Shown: positions 39,086 through 52,334, counted from the stretch's first letter. The stretch: 64,000 nucleotides of DNA from Camelus dromedarius (GCF_036321535.1 NC_087437.1:74588001-74652000), one strand, 5' to 3'. Numbers and translations are program-made. Notes: generated by a model not told the origin, from the sequence alone.

Positions 39086-39456
39086 TGTTATGGGATGAAC
39101 TCTGTCCCCATGAAATTTGTATGTTGAAGTTCTAATCCCCACAACCTCAGAATGTGACTTATTTAAAGACAGGGTCTTTAAAGGGGTGATTAAGTTAAAA
39201 TGAGGCCACTAGGGTGGGCCCTAACCCAACATGACTGGTATCCTTATAAGATAAAGAAACGAGGATACAGACATGTACAGAGGGAAAATCATAGGAAGAG
39301 AGGGGGAAAGGCGACCATCTACAAGCCAAGGGGAGATACTTGCTGACAGCTCGACCTCAGACTTCTGGTGTCCAGAAATGTGAAGAAGTAATTATCTGCT
39401 GATTAAGCCACCCCATCTGTGGTATTTTGTCACAGAAGCCCTAGCAAACTAACACA
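39086..39456 (+). mobile_element. MLT1B-like MaLR LTR
   Basis: TGTTATGGG...GCCCTAGCAAACTAACACA; 5-bp TSD AAGTG/GAGTG. Confidence 0.88.
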
Positions 39457-39877
39457 GAGTGGCATAGCTCTTTGCCAGTTTCTACACTTGTGTTATCTTC
39501 GCGGGGTTTTTTTCCCACCCTTTTACATACCTGTTTACCTAGTTAACAACTTTTTCCTGAGCTAAGAATTATATGTGTTACATTCTCTCTGGTCCACTGA
39601 CTGGTGTGGTGTCTGTGCCCTGCCTGGACCCTGACTGATGCACGTGTACAGGAGCCATCAGCAGCCTGCACTGCCATCACCCACCTGCCCAGCAAAAAGA
39701 AATCAGAGAGACTTCATTCAAGTCTGTGTTAACTTCTAGGCTCTAAGGTAATGAAATAAATAGTTAGTTCAAAAGTTTGGGGGGAAAAGGGGGGGATATC
39801 ACTCCAATAATAGAGGAAATTTGGAAAAATAAATGAGTTCTACATGCAATTATATGCCAAATTAAAAAAAATAAAAG

Positions 39878-40936
39878 TTGAGAAATCATGTAGTATTTGT
39901 CTTCCTTTGTCTGACTTAGTATAATATCCTCAAGGTCCATCTATGCTGTCACAAAGGGCAAGACTGTATCTTTTTTATGGCTGAGTAGTCTTCCATTGTA
40001 TATATACACCACAAATCTTTTTCCAGTCATTCGTTGATGGGGACCTTAGGTTGTTTCCTTATCTTGGTTATTGTAAATAATGCTGTGATGAACACAGGGG
40101 TGCATATATCTTTTCAAATTAGTGTTTTCCTATTTTTTGCATTAATACTCAAAAATGAAATAGCTGGATCATATGATAGCTCTATTCTTAATTTGTTGAG
40201 GAATCTCCATATTGTTTTTTATAGTAATGGAACGAATTTACTTTCCCACCAAGAATGCATGAGTTCCCTTTCCTCCACATCCTCACAAACAGTTGTTATT
40301 TCTTCCCTTTTTAATAACAGCCATTCTAACAGGCACGAGGTGATATCTCATTGTGGTTTTGATTTGCGTTTCCCTGATGACCAGTGATGCTGAGTATCTT
40401 TTCATGTGCCTGTTGCCAATCTGTATATGTTCTTTGGAAGAATATCTATTCAGCTCCTCTGCCTATTTTCTAATCAGGTTGCTTGGTTTTGTTGTTGAGC
40501 TTAAGAGGTTTTTTTAATATGTTTTGAACATTAACTCTATTAACTCCTTATTGGATATATGATTTGCAATATTTTTTCCCCATTCAGTAGGTTGTCTCTT
40601 CGTTTTGTTGATGGTTTCCTTTGCTGGGCAGAAGCTTTTCAGTTTGATGTAGTCCCATTTTTTAATTTTTACTTTTGTTTCCCTTGCCTCAGGAGACATA
40701 TCCAGAAAGATATTACTTAAACCAATGTCAAAGAGAATACTGCCTGTGCTTTCTTCTAGCAGTTGTATGGTTTCAGGTCTTACACTCAAGTCTGTAACCA
40801 ATTTTGAGTTGATTTTTGTGTATGGCGTGGGATAGTGGTCTAGTTTCACTCTTGTGCATGTGGCTATCCAGTTTTCCCAACACCATTTATTAAAGAGACT
40901 ATCTTTTCTCTATTTTATGTTCTTTGTTCCTTTGTC
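39878..40936 (-). mobile_element. Inverted 5' segment of an L1 (ORF2 C-terminal region)
   Basis: ORF 40514-40849(-) MKLDHYPTPYTKINSK...WDYIKLKSFCPAKETINKTKRQPTEWGK. Confidence 0.92.
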
Positions 40937-41197
40937 ATATGTGAAATATAACAAACAGAACAAAATAAATGAACAAACTAAACAAACTCATAGAAACAGA
41001 GAACAGGGTAGTAGTTACCAGAGGGGAAGGGATGGGTGGGAAGACAAAATGAATAAAAGGGACCAACTATATGGTGATGGATGGAAGCTAAATTTTTGGT
41101 GGTGAGCACATGGCAGTGTATACAGAGGTAGAAATACAATGTTGTGTGCATGAAACATGTTATAAACCAATGTCACCTTAGCAAAGTAATTTTTAAA
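40937..41197 (+). mobile_element. Sense 3' UTR segment of the same L1
   Basis: ATATGTGAAATATAAC...AAACTCATAGAAACAGAGAAC...TGTTATAAACCAATGTCACC. Confidence 0.85.
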
Positions 41198-41755
41198 AGC
41201 CAATAAAATGTTAAAATGTTACAAAATTGACTCAAAATTTAAAATATAAACACACTGATTGCTATAAATAAATCACAAAAGTATCCAAAAATTAGCCTCA
41301 TCTCCCCTAACTCCAATCATTTAGAAGACAAAAACCCAGTTGTTTTAATTGGTGAATTCTATCAAACTTTTAAAAAATTCCTATATAATTTAAATTTTTC
41401 CAGGGCATAGAGAAAGAAGGAAAACTTGCCAAATTACTTCATGTAAAAAATCAAATCTTGATTCAAAATCTGATAAAAATTTCCAATTCTACCCCCAATT
41501 TAAAAAATTGAAGATGACTTTTAAAGGTCATTCATTTTCATGCACACATTAGAGAAAAATGAAGTCAGATAGTTTGGGGAGAAAATGTATGAGACTAGAA
41601 ATGACTTTCAGATTCTCTATTAGGGAGAGGAGCCACCTCTGTTAATGTGTCCCTTCCCTCTGCTTTTGAGACAGATTCAAAGGACTCATTTCTGAAAGCT
41701 GGGCACCTGTCCTACTCATAAAGATACTTAGAACCGAGAGCCAACATGCCTTTTG

Positions 41756-42203
41756 GGTTTTTTTTTTTTGAGGGGGGAGGGTTATTAATTGAAGCATAGT
41801 TGGTTTACAATGTTGTGGGGGTTTTTTGTTTTTCTTTTTTTTTTTTAGCTTTTATTTTTTTAATTTGGTAAATTGTGTACAATTACAACGTGTCTATCTC
41901 TGGTGTACAGCACAATATCCCAGTCATGCATATACATACATACATTCATTTTCATATTGTTTTTCTTTTTACAATGTTAATTTCTGGTGTAGAGCATAGT
42001 GATTCAGTTGTACATACATATATCTTCCTCTTCATGTTCTTTTTCATTATAGGCTATTACAAGATATTGAATATAGTTCCCTTCTAGAGTAGGACCTTGC
42101 TCTTTACCTATTTTATATATAGTAGTTAATATCTGAAAATCTTGAACTCCCAATTTATCCCACTCCCCCTTTCCCCCCTAGTTACCATAAGGTTGTTTTC
42201 TAT
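41756..42203 (-). mobile_element. L1 3' end containing a nested second L1 3' end
   Basis: Outer TSD AACATGCC(T/C)TTTG at 41743-41755 and 42204-42216; inner duplication TTTACAATGTT at 41804-41814 and 41968-41978. Confidence 0.8.
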
Positions 42204-43404
42204 AACATGCCCTTTGTGTCAACAATCTGTGCCAGGGCTTCAGTTGATGTCATTAATCCCAACCTGTCTTCCCAGTGCTTCACGTCAGTCTATTTCTTTG
42301 TGATCTGCATTTACACACACACACACTGCTGTTTTCCTCATTTTATCTTTTAAACAGAGGATAAATTCAATATCTGATTATGAATGTTGATCAAAGGGTC
42401 TGAGTAGGAAATGTAAGCATCTTATACAGTAAACTCTAAACTTTTGCTTGTCTATTTTGGCGGGCATGTGACCATCTGGGGCTGTTATAAAAAAAGTAAA
42501 GTTACTCTAGCATAGCTCAACTAATGGAACTAAGAGAATCAGAAAATAATTATAAAACTGGTAGTCCTAGACCCCAAGTCGTAACTGACTCAAAGTCCTT
42601 ACTTCCTGGTGTACAAAATTAAAAAAAAAAAAGGATGAGTATATGAGTTCTGATGATTATTTTCCAGGTTCCTTAGAACCTTGAAATTAGAATCTAGAAC
42701 CTAATATGCAGAAAACAGTAGTAAGGAACATGTTGTTATTAGACTGTAACTTTAACAAACAACAACAAAAAGAAGTATCCTTTTTGATTCCCAGAAATGC
42801 CCAACCTCTGAGAGCACCTAAACTATCAAAAAGTGACCCAGAGTGAAATACATGTCAGGAACTTGAAATCATATACTTCTTTTTTCATTTATAATTTAAT
42901 TTAGGATTCTTAGGACTGTCCTCTGGTTTAAATAAAGCCATGTATTTATAAAAAGCCACTGTTAAAAAGAAAAAAAAAAGATGTTTCAATTCAAAGGTTT
43001 AGTTGGAAACAAATAGCTATGTCTCCTGGAAAGAAAAGTCCTGATTGAAAATGCTTGAAAGGCTTCAAGTTGATGATTTTTCAATTATTTGGACAGGAAG
43101 TAAAGTCAAAATAGATAATGTTTGTCTTGGGTTTAGGAATTGAAGTACCCTTACTCAGTAGATTGGAAAGAAACAGAAGGTCATTCTGATTCTTTACCAT
43201 TTATTACAAATCTTCAAAAGTTAAAAAAAAAAAAGTGTGGAAGAGAACATTAAATAACTCCTAAAAAAGCTCTTACTTTTTAAGGAAACAAGGAAAGCTG
43301 GCTTGAGAAAGGTGACTAATTAATTTCATATCAACATTAAATTCACTATTGCCTTCAAATATTCTAAGTGCAGAAGATGACAACCACATTATATTACACA
43401 GCCC

Positions 43405-43630
43405 TGCTATGGCCTGAATTGTGTCTCCCCAAAATTCATATGCTAAAGTCATAACCTCCAAAGGATTATTTGGTGATGGGACCTTTGGAGGTAATTAGGT
43501 TTATATGAGATGATGAGAGTGGTGTCTTCATGATGAGATTAGTACGCTTATTAGAAAAGACCAGAGATCTATTTCTCTCTCTCTCTCTCTTCTCTCAATC
43601 TCTCTCTCAACACACACACACATTCATGCA
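43405..43630 (+). mobile_element. MLT1A-like LTR 5' half ending in (CT)n(CA)n
   Basis: TGCTATGGCCTGAATTGTGTCTCCCCAAAATTCATATGCTAAAG. Confidence 0.8.
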
Positions 43631-44373
43631 CATAGGTACCAAATTACCTAAGAATTGTTTCGCTATAGCAGCTGGGAGTATGACCCCTATGAAGTTACAT
43701 AGGTTGGCAAAGTTTGTCCCTAAAAGAGCTGTAATATACTACAGAAACCATTGTCACCCAGAAATGATGTTGAGGAAAACAAAAACAAAATGTGAAAATA
43801 CCCATGGAACTGGCTTCTACAGAGCCAACGTAAGCAGGCTCTGGGAACTGTCCTTGGCAATGGGAGCTACCTTTGTCCTGACATTTGCCTTGGGGACTGG
43901 TGGAAAGAAAAAAGACGAGAGATGAATTGTAATTTCCAAAAGAACTGAAACAGACCGATTATAACTCCTTAAGAAGAGGAGAAATCCACAGCCTCTTCCT
44001 TCCCTACCACGGCCACACTCAGAATTAAAGGGGGCCCCACAGACTTTTACTGGGCTTAGTATTAGGGGGAGAGGGTGGATGGGAAGCCAAGCAGGGCCAC
44101 TGACAGTTGTGCACACACAGCCTATCATGTAAGATGGTGACAAGGCTGTCGCTGGTTCTCAGGCACCCGCTTCTGCTCTTCTCTTAACAAAATAACAAAG
44201 ACAAAGAAACACCAGAGCTCACATGCTTCATTTCTGGAAAAAAAGAAGCAAAGACACTAACAATATTTTCTCTCCCTTTTAAAAGTTCTACTTCTGCTAA
44301 GAACACACAGAAGCAGCAGCTTGAGGTTGTCCTGTTCACACGACAGTCGGACTGTCCACTGAAGTAATTGATA

Positions 44374-44810
44374 TGTTGGGGTGAATTGTGTCCCCCCAGA
44401 AATCATGTTCACGCAGACCCTCAGAATCTTATCTTATTTGGAAATAAGTTTTATTCAGATATAGATAGTTATAATGAGGTCCATATTGGAGGGTGGAACC
44501 TAAATCCTCATAAGAAGGCCATTGAAAGACATAGAGACACAGAGACCCCCAGGAAGCAGGCCATGTGAAGACGACAGAGATTGGAATGAGGCAGCGACAA
44601 GCTAAGGGACTCCAAGGGTTGCCCACAACCCTCAGAAGCGAGGAGAGAAGCATAGAACAGACTCTCCCACAAAGAGTCGAATGGAACCAACCCTGCCAAC
44701 ACCTTGATTTCAGACTTCTGGCTTCCAGAATTCTGGGACAGAATAAATTTTTGCTCTTTTAAACCTAAGTTTATGGTAATTTGTTACAGCAGCCCCGGGA
44801 AACTAATACA
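44374..44810 (+). mobile_element. MLT1C-like MaLR LTR
   Basis: TGTTGGGGTGAATTGTGTCCCCCC...CCCTGCCAACACCTTGATTTCAGACTTCTGG...GGAAACTAATACA. Confidence 0.88.
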
Positions 44811-46169
44811 GGTAATAAATGGGAAAAGACATAAATAAATTTTTTAAGAAACAGATGTGCTTCTGTCAGGCGGCCAAGAAGCAAATACTCTGAAAGACCG
44901 CATAAAATGTTATATGCCACAATCATTTTCCTTGGCAGATCTGAACCTAAGGTCACCAGAGTCTACAGATAGAGCAGGGTAGCGAAAGCAATTTGTGTGT
45001 GCACCTTAGGGAGACTCCCAGATACTCTGGGATGTTCTTTTAATGTGATTTTCATCAAAGTACCTGTGTTGGGAGAAGAGATGAACTGATAGTTGAGTAG
45101 AAACTACAGATTCCTCTGAATGCCACTTGGACATTGCCCGGAGTGAATGTTACTGCGGAAGGGCGGGGGGGGGGGGGGGTTCTAATGATTGCCACTCACT
45201 CCTCCATCCAGCATAAATCATGGGGGTAGGGTCTCACATCCCTCATCTATTAATTCCTGGGGAAAGGGAGATCAGTGGCACACTTAAGAAAGCAAATAAT
45301 GACTTTCTATCAAAAAAAAAACCCCCTCAAAACTCACAAGGTTATAAGCCACAAGACTATCACTACAGGTATAGTATAAAAAGTTACTCCAACAGCTTCT
45401 TGTTTCACAAATTACAAAGCAAATCTGTGCCTGTGCCTTCACTTCTTCCCAAACTGCTTTGGGCCCCTGAAATTCTCTTTGCTAAGTGCTCTTCAAGCTT
45501 CCTGACAACAGCTTTTGGTAAGTATTCACCACACAACACAATTCAGCATTCACAGTGAAAAATGAATCTAATAGCTCTCAGTTGTGGTAAATCCAGTTTC
45601 AATTACCTAGTAACTCGATGGTCTAGTAAAACAGAACAGGAGAGAAAAAGGTTTAAGCCCATTTTCTAGGGACACTCAAATGATTCTCAAGTTTTGTATT
45701 TAAAATGATGCCAGTGAAGTTATACAATGAAGACCAAGATGTCCCACTTCCTTTCTCAGGAAAGGTCCGACGTAAAATCTAGTCTAGCAAATCAGTGCGG
45801 GGAAGAAAGGAGAACCATTAATACTGACTTAACAGAATCAAGACTACCTAGGGGCCATTCACTGAAACACATGTGAATCTAGTCTCTGCGTGTTTGGTGT
45901 TGGTGACCTCTGGGAAATAGATGGGGACATATGAAGGAAAAATTTAACTATTACTTCATATGTGGTGGAATATTTTTCAATCTTTAATGACTTGATATGA
46001 TACATTTCTAATTCTAAAAAATGCAATTCTATGTGGCAAGCAGTATTATGGGAAGAATAAAGGGTTAATGCCTGTGCCATACGTCTTTTCCAACACAAAA
46101 GTGGCAATAACACCCACTTTAGAAAGATGGTTGGTATAGGTGAATAGGAAAGCAAGAAGAAACAGGTCA

Positions 46170-46470
46170 TTAAAACATGTGTAAGCATATTTTAAGCAGC
46201 TTTATTCATAACATCCCACAGCAGGAAACAATACAATGTCCTTCTACATTAGGATAGAAAAACATTAGTTACCTTTGGATGATTATATTTACTGAGGATA
46301 GACCTCATGTAGGAGACCTTCTTGGGCTGCTGGAAATACTCTAATTTTATCTGGGTTGTGGTTAAAGATTGTTTGTATATGGAAAAATTCATGGAACACT
46401 TAAGGTTAATATATGTTACTATGTATGTGATATAACTCAATAAAAGAGGAAAAACCAAAAAAGAAAAGAA
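46170..46470 (+). mobile_element. L1ME-like 3' end fragment
   Basis: AGCAGCTTTATTCATAAC...AAAATTCAT...ACTCAATAAAAG. Confidence 0.6.
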
Positions 46471-46524
46471 AAAAAGATGGTGATGTATTTTACCATATAA
46501 ACACCCTCAGGATTCTTGACTCTA

Positions 46525-46667
46525 TTGTTGTTGTGTTTTGTTTGGTTGGTTGGTCTTTTGGGGGGAGATAATCAGGCCTATTTATTTAACGGAGGTACTG
46601 AGGATTGAACCCAGTACCGTGGGCATACTAAGCACGTGCTCTACCACTGAGCTGTACCTTCCCCACC
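46525..46667 (-). mobile_element. tRNA-Ala-derived SINE (Vic-1-like)
   Basis: GGAGGTACTGAGGATTGAACCCAG...CTCTACCACTGAGCTGTACCTTCCCCACC. Confidence 0.88.
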
Positions 46668-46904
46668 TTGGGTTCTTTTATGTTGCTCAGTAAACTCTGA
46701 AGCCTGCCAACATGTAGCCAAAAGGGTGGTAGCAAGACAATCAGTGGCCACATCCCGGTCTTAATTCGGGGTATAATCAGAGGACCAGTCGCAGCCCAAA
46801 CCCCTCCGCATGAATCCAAAGCTCAGCCTTCCCCTCCTGCCTGGCCACACCCTCCTGCTCTGCTGATCTGAGAGATCATCTTCCAGAGGAGGAAGCAGTA
46901 CGTA

Positions 46905-47236
46905 CAACTGACCTTTGAACTACATGGGGTTAAGGGCACCCATCCATCCCCACACAATGGAAAATCTGCACACTGCTACCTCTGCCTCAAAAACAAAAGA
47001 CTTGATACATGGCTCACCCAAGGGCAGGAAGCTAAAACAGTTTGGATACAATCAATACTCAAAGCTTAATTCTTTTGATTCTATATAATGTGACCTGTAA
47101 TCAAATACACTTTTCCCCACATTTATTTAAAGATCTATAAAATCAAACTAGTTACTGTATTTACTGAAAAAAATCCGTGTATAAGTGGATAATCCGTGTA
47201 TAACAGTTCAAACCTGTACTGTTCGATGGTCAACTG
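46905..47236. mobile_element. MER8/Tigger2-type MITE with atypical interior
   Basis: Terminal inverted repeats CAACTGACCTTTGAAC and GTTCGATGGTCAACTG; AAAATCCGTGTATAAGTGGA. Confidence 0.7.
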
Positions 47237-48235
47237 TGCTACCAGCACTGATCCAGGTACAAATTCTTACCCAGAGAAAAAGGCTGTGAAGGATCCCAGA
47301 GAGTCTCCACGTATGTTGTACAACAGATTAATCTCAACCACCTCCCAACTGTCTCTTCTCTAGGCCTGATAATGCCCCTCTCACAGCGTATCTGACCCTA
47401 AAGCGGGGAGTGCAAGTAAGAAATGAGGAAGGCACAGCCCTTCAGTGCTTCCACTTCATACTCCCTACGTTCCATCTGGTGAAGTTCACACCCCCTTACG
47501 CGCGGAACAGGGTGGTCTACCTGCGGCACAGTCTCCCCAATATTTGTTCCTGCTTTGTCTTAGGTTTTTCTAGTTTTTAAAAGATGTACTCTTTTCTCTG
47601 TTTCACAGCTCGTCTTCTTCTTTGGTGTCGCTTGGAATTCCTCCCTCAGGACTGTGGTGAAGGAGAGGAGAAGAATGTGGAGATAAGGAAGCTAGAGCAG
47701 CCCCAGGAGATCACCAAAACACTGCCCAAGTAACAGCTTTAAAAGAGCACATTGTTGACCCATTAATTTGAAGTTTATGGGTCTGCTATTCTCAGAGAGT
47801 AATTCAAAAAATATAATTTACAGGAGAAATGACAGCAGTAAATTCCTCAAAATGGGGATTAGAAACAAACCCAAGCATCCTGCTCTGTTCACTAACGTAA
47901 TGTCCCATTGCATCCTACCTCCACGAAGACTGACTGGAAATCACATCCTAATGTGGATGCGGTCTTTTGGACTTTCAAACACACAGCAGCTAAGGACAAG
48001 CTCAAGAAGTCGGAGTGTGCTGTGTATTGCCGGCTTCTTTCCAGATGATCACCCTCAACCTGGGCAAACACCAACCTTCAAACACTGCAGTTACTATTCC
48101 ATTACTTGCCCAATCCTCAGATTTGCTCTCTACAATCACTGCCTTAGGCACAGCAACTGTTTACTTCTACTGCCTCTGGGTTCTCAAGGCCCACCCTAGC
48201 TTTTTTATGTTAAGAGGCCTTAACATAAAACATAT

Positions 48236-48363
48236 TTTTTGTTTTTTGGGGAGGGGGTAATTAGGTTTGTTTGTTTGTCTGTTATAATGGAGGTGCTGGG
48301 AATTGAACCCAGGACCTCGTGCGTGTTAAGCGCACACTCTACCACTGAGCTATATCCTCACCC
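48236..48363 (-). mobile_element. tRNA-Ala-derived SINE (Vic-1-like)
   Basis: GGAGGTGCTGGGAATTGAACCCAGGACCTC...CTCTACCACTGAGCTATATCCTCACCC. Confidence 0.88.
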
Positions 48364-48439
48364 AACAACAAAATATTTTATTCCTTGTTGAGGCCTCACT
48401 TGCCACCACAGTAGAAAAATCATGCAATTGAGATGAACT

Positions 48440-48775
48440 CCAGTTGCTGACTAGCCGGTTAGCTGGGGGAAAGCTATTTAACTTCTCTAAGCCTCAGTCA
48501 ACTCATCTAAAAAGATGAGGAAAAGATTAAGATTTATAGTAAGATTCAGATTTAGGGCTATTATAATTTTTTATATTCATTCATTAGACCCTCATCACAA
48601 CCCTATGAAGCAGGTGTTACCAGGTCCATCTTACAGACGAGGAGACAGAGGCCCTGAGAGGGCAAGTAACCTGCCCCAAGTCACACAGCTACAAAGTGGC
48701 AGCCTGGGATTTGAGGCATACGGCTGAGGTATATGGCTCCTGAGTATAGACTTTTCCTCTCTCTGCTCTACTGCC
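48440..48775. mobile_element. Two MIR fragments in opposite orientations
   Basis: Plus strand: TTAAACTTCTCTAAGCCTCAG; minus strand: TTACAGACGAGGAGACAGAGGCCCTGAGAGGGCAAGTAACCTGCCCCAAGTCACACAGCTA. Confidence 0.8.
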
Positions 48776-49439
48776 TCATATACTTGTTTAGCTAATACTA
48801 TTTTTACTTCTTGGGAAATTAGGGTATAGTCAGACTGTAACTGCAATGCTAAGCTAAAGATGGGCCTGATGTTTATGTAGAAAGGAAAGGCATGGAAGCC
48901 TCTGATTATCGTGGGAGAAATTCATTCACTGAGACATTCATTTAATAAATATCTGTTCCAGAGGATGAATATGTAGTTACGGAGGAAACCAAATTTTATG
49001 GTTTTACCTCTGTACCCTTTCACATGCTGCTCCTTTTGCCGAGAATGTACACACACACCGTAGTCTGGTCAGTCCTCATTTCCCCCTTAGCACAGTAACA
49101 TGCGGCTACTGCTCAGTCTATTTTAGATTCCTACCTTCTGCGATTCCCTAATTAAACTCAAAGAGGAACAAAAGAATAAAAGAAGAACATTTTCAAAAGG
49201 AGGAAGGAAAAGAAAGAAAAGAAAAAGGATGCACTAGGGGAGGTGCCAAAGAAAAGAAACCAAAACCAAAATTAGAGATAAAAAGATACTATTAAAGAGT
49301 GAAAAAGATGAAACCACAAGGCAATTTAATAATATTTTTAGTACATGAAGGACTTTTATATGGAGAAAAGTAATAGGCTCTTCTTAGGGAATTGTAAGGG
49401 AGGAAATCGTTTTCAGTGGAAGTGGTAGAGACAGAGTCG

Positions 49440-49740
49440 GCTAGCTTTTATTGGGCACTTAACATAGGCACAGCATAATCACTAATATCAAGGGGCTTAC
49501 AATTTAATGGGAAAGACAGCTGCACATAAAAAGATGACTAATAATCGATTTAATGGGACAGATTACAAGAGCAATGAATTCAAAGGAGGAGGAGATTTCT
49601 ATGAATTCATGGGCTGAGATAGAGAGAAAACACTTCACTAAAGAGATAAAACGGTAGAAACTTATCAATGAAAGAAGAGACCCAGGCAAAGAGAAGAGCA
49701 GTAGCAAATGGTGTAAAACATGATTGGAATGCCTGAAAAA
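49440..49740 (-). mobile_element. L2 fragment
   Basis: TTTATTGGGCACTTAACATAGGCAC...GGGGCTTACAATTTAATGGGAAAGACA. Confidence 0.5.
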
Positions 49741-49799
49741 TGCATTTCTAAGCCAGCTTCACTTCCCCACCAGAACCTGTGCCAGCTTCGGCAAAATCT

Positions 49800-51873
49800 C
49801 TTCTCTCCAATTTTTTTTTTTCTCTACTCTTTCCACTGGATAATTCCATCAACATGGTTTGTTTTTCTGTTGCCTAAAACACAAAACCAGAACGACTGCT
49901 GCCATAGTTATTGCTCCATTTCTCTCCTTTTTTTCTTTCCAGTTTTATTGCAATATAATTTTCATGTAACACTGCATAAGGTTAAAGTGTACAGCATACT
50001 GATTTGACTTAGGCATATCACGAAATGATGGCCACAAGTTTAGTGAATTTCCATCATGTCATAGAGACACAAAATTAAACAGAAAAATTTTTCCTTGTGA
50101 CAAGAACACTTAGGATTCACTCTTCTAACAACTGCCATATGTAACATTTAGCAGAGTTAATTATACTTATCATGCTGTGTATCATATCCCTAGTACTTAT
50201 TTATCTTATAACTGGAAGTTTGTATGGTATCTTTGACCACTTTTACCCAAGTCCCCCTCTCCCGACCTCCCACTTCTGGTAAACACAAACCTGGTCTCTT
50301 TGTCTACGAGCTTGTTTGTTTTTGAAGTATAATTGACCTACAACACCGTGATGGTTCCTGGTATACAACAGAGTGAGCCAATATTTGTATATATCTCAAA
50401 ATGATCATCGTAAGTCTAGACAACATCTATCACTGTATTAATACATTACAGTTATTGGCTGTATCTCCCACAATGTCCACTTCATACTTGTGACTCATTT
50501 ATTTTATAACTGAAAGTCTGTACCTTTTTATTCCCCTAACCTTATTTCTGTCCTCCCTTTTTCTTTCTTTATGGGAACATTTTCTGAAATCACTGTCTAT
50601 ACTCCAGTCTCCTATTCCTCTCCTGGCATTCTCTCTACATCCCACTACAATCAGGCCAACCTCACACCAGACTGCTCCAATCAGGCCCCCTGGGACACTC
50701 ACATGGCTACACGCAGTGGTCAATTCTCAGTGCTCGTCTCACTTATTTGACTCACTTGACGCTTCTCTCCATGAAATGCTTTCTGATGTGGCTCTGAGGA
50801 CACCAAGCTCCAATCCCTTGGTGATCTCATTCAGTCTCATGGTTTTAAATATCATCTATATGCTAATGACTCCCACATTAATATCTCCGCCTTAATTCCT
50901 CACTTGTGTATCCAGCTGCCTGATACTTCTCTATAGAAGTTCAAAGGCATCTCATATTTAATGACAATTACACTTCTAACATTTCTCCTCCTCTTCCCTA
51001 ATTCTACTCCTTTTATGATGCTTCTATTGTTATCCTTTGTAACAGGCAGCTCTTCTTCAGTTCTCAGGCCAAAAATTTTAGAGTCATCCTTGAACTCATC
51101 TTTTTCTCACCCTACATCCAGTTCAATAAATCATGATGGTGCACCCTTCAAATAGATCCGTAATTTGGAGTTCAACACCTCCTATACTATCTGATTTTAA
51201 GTCATCATCATCTCTCACCTGAATCATTACAAATTGCTAACTGGTCCCTCAGTTTCCGCTCCTCCAGTCTGTTCTCAACACAGCAGGCAGAATATCCACA
51301 TAAAATGCCAGTCAGACCGGGGCACATCCCCACACAAATGCCTCCAGTGCCTTCCCGTCTCACTCACAGGGAAGGACCAAGGTCCCTTCTCTGACCTTCC
51401 ACACTCCCAGGGTCCGCTCTGCCTATTTCACCGCTCTGAATGACCCAGGCTGATGCACTCAGATTTACTCACCCCTGGCCAACTCCTCTGGCCCCTTCGC
51501 ACTCCTAGGACACACCAGGCATGTCTCTGCTCATGGGCCTTCGTGCCTGCTGTTTGCTCCCTCTGCTTAGAATGTGCCTCTCTCTTTCACATGTCCACGT
51601 GGGTAGGGTCCTCGCTTTCTTCAGGGCTCTGTTCTTACGTCACTTTCTTAGAAGGAACTTTCTTGAACCTAAAATTTTGAACTCTTCCCCAAACTTCCTA
51701 ACCTCCTTCCCTCTATTTTCCCTCCTAGCACTTATTAGTTATCATACAATAAAATTTACTTATTTATCTTATTATTTACCCTATTAGAATCTAAGCTCCT
51801 TGATGGCAGGGCCTGACTGCTGTGTCCCCAAGTACTTTAACAGTAACAATAAATATTTCCTGAATTAATGAAA
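49800..51873 (+). mobile_element. L2 (L2a-like) ~1.4 kb 3' part, interrupted by an L1
   Basis: GGTCAATTCTCAGTGCTC...GTCTCATGGTTTTAAATATCATCTATATGCTAATGACTCCC (decayed RT YADD region)...CAATAAATATTTCCTGAATTAATGAA. Confidence 0.8.
49930..50545 (-). mobile_element. L1MA-like 3' end
   Basis: TCCAGTTTTATTGCAATATAAT...TATCTTATAACTGGAAGTTTGTA. Confidence 0.8.
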
Positions 51874-52334
51874 GTTGGCAAGTATTCATTGTAGTATTTA
51901 CTTATTAAACACAGTTTCTATTCAGGAATAAACTGATTCATGTAGCCTACAAGCCACTTGAAACTGAAGTCTCTGTATTTTTGCCCATGTCACACCTTCA
52001 ACTATAAAGACAAATTGTAATGCATTTGGCAGACCATAAAAAGAATAACCTAGAGACAACTTCTTATTAATACATTCTCATTACTGCCTATCAAAAGTGA
52101 TGAAATTTTGTGTCATGCATTGAAAAAAACAATGATATTATAATATTTATATTTCAATGGCTTTTGGTGATGTAGAACATATGTATATTAAACTAATTGC
52201 ATGTAAAATTGGGAGATTTCTTTAAATTTCAAGAAAAAAATAATCCAGTTAAAGAACTTTCTCTAGTCATCAAACCATAAGGAAAGTGAACAAAAAGAAC
52301 AACGAGAAAAAATCAAAAAAGACCTACAAAAAAT

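Noticed and set aside
38384..39098. Overlapping ORFs up to 153 aa
   Set aside because: They lie largely in antisense old L1 sequence and show no protein homology I can recognise.
47768..48199. 143-aa plus-strand ORF
   Set aside because: Starts at TTG, no recognisable family, no supporting splice structure.
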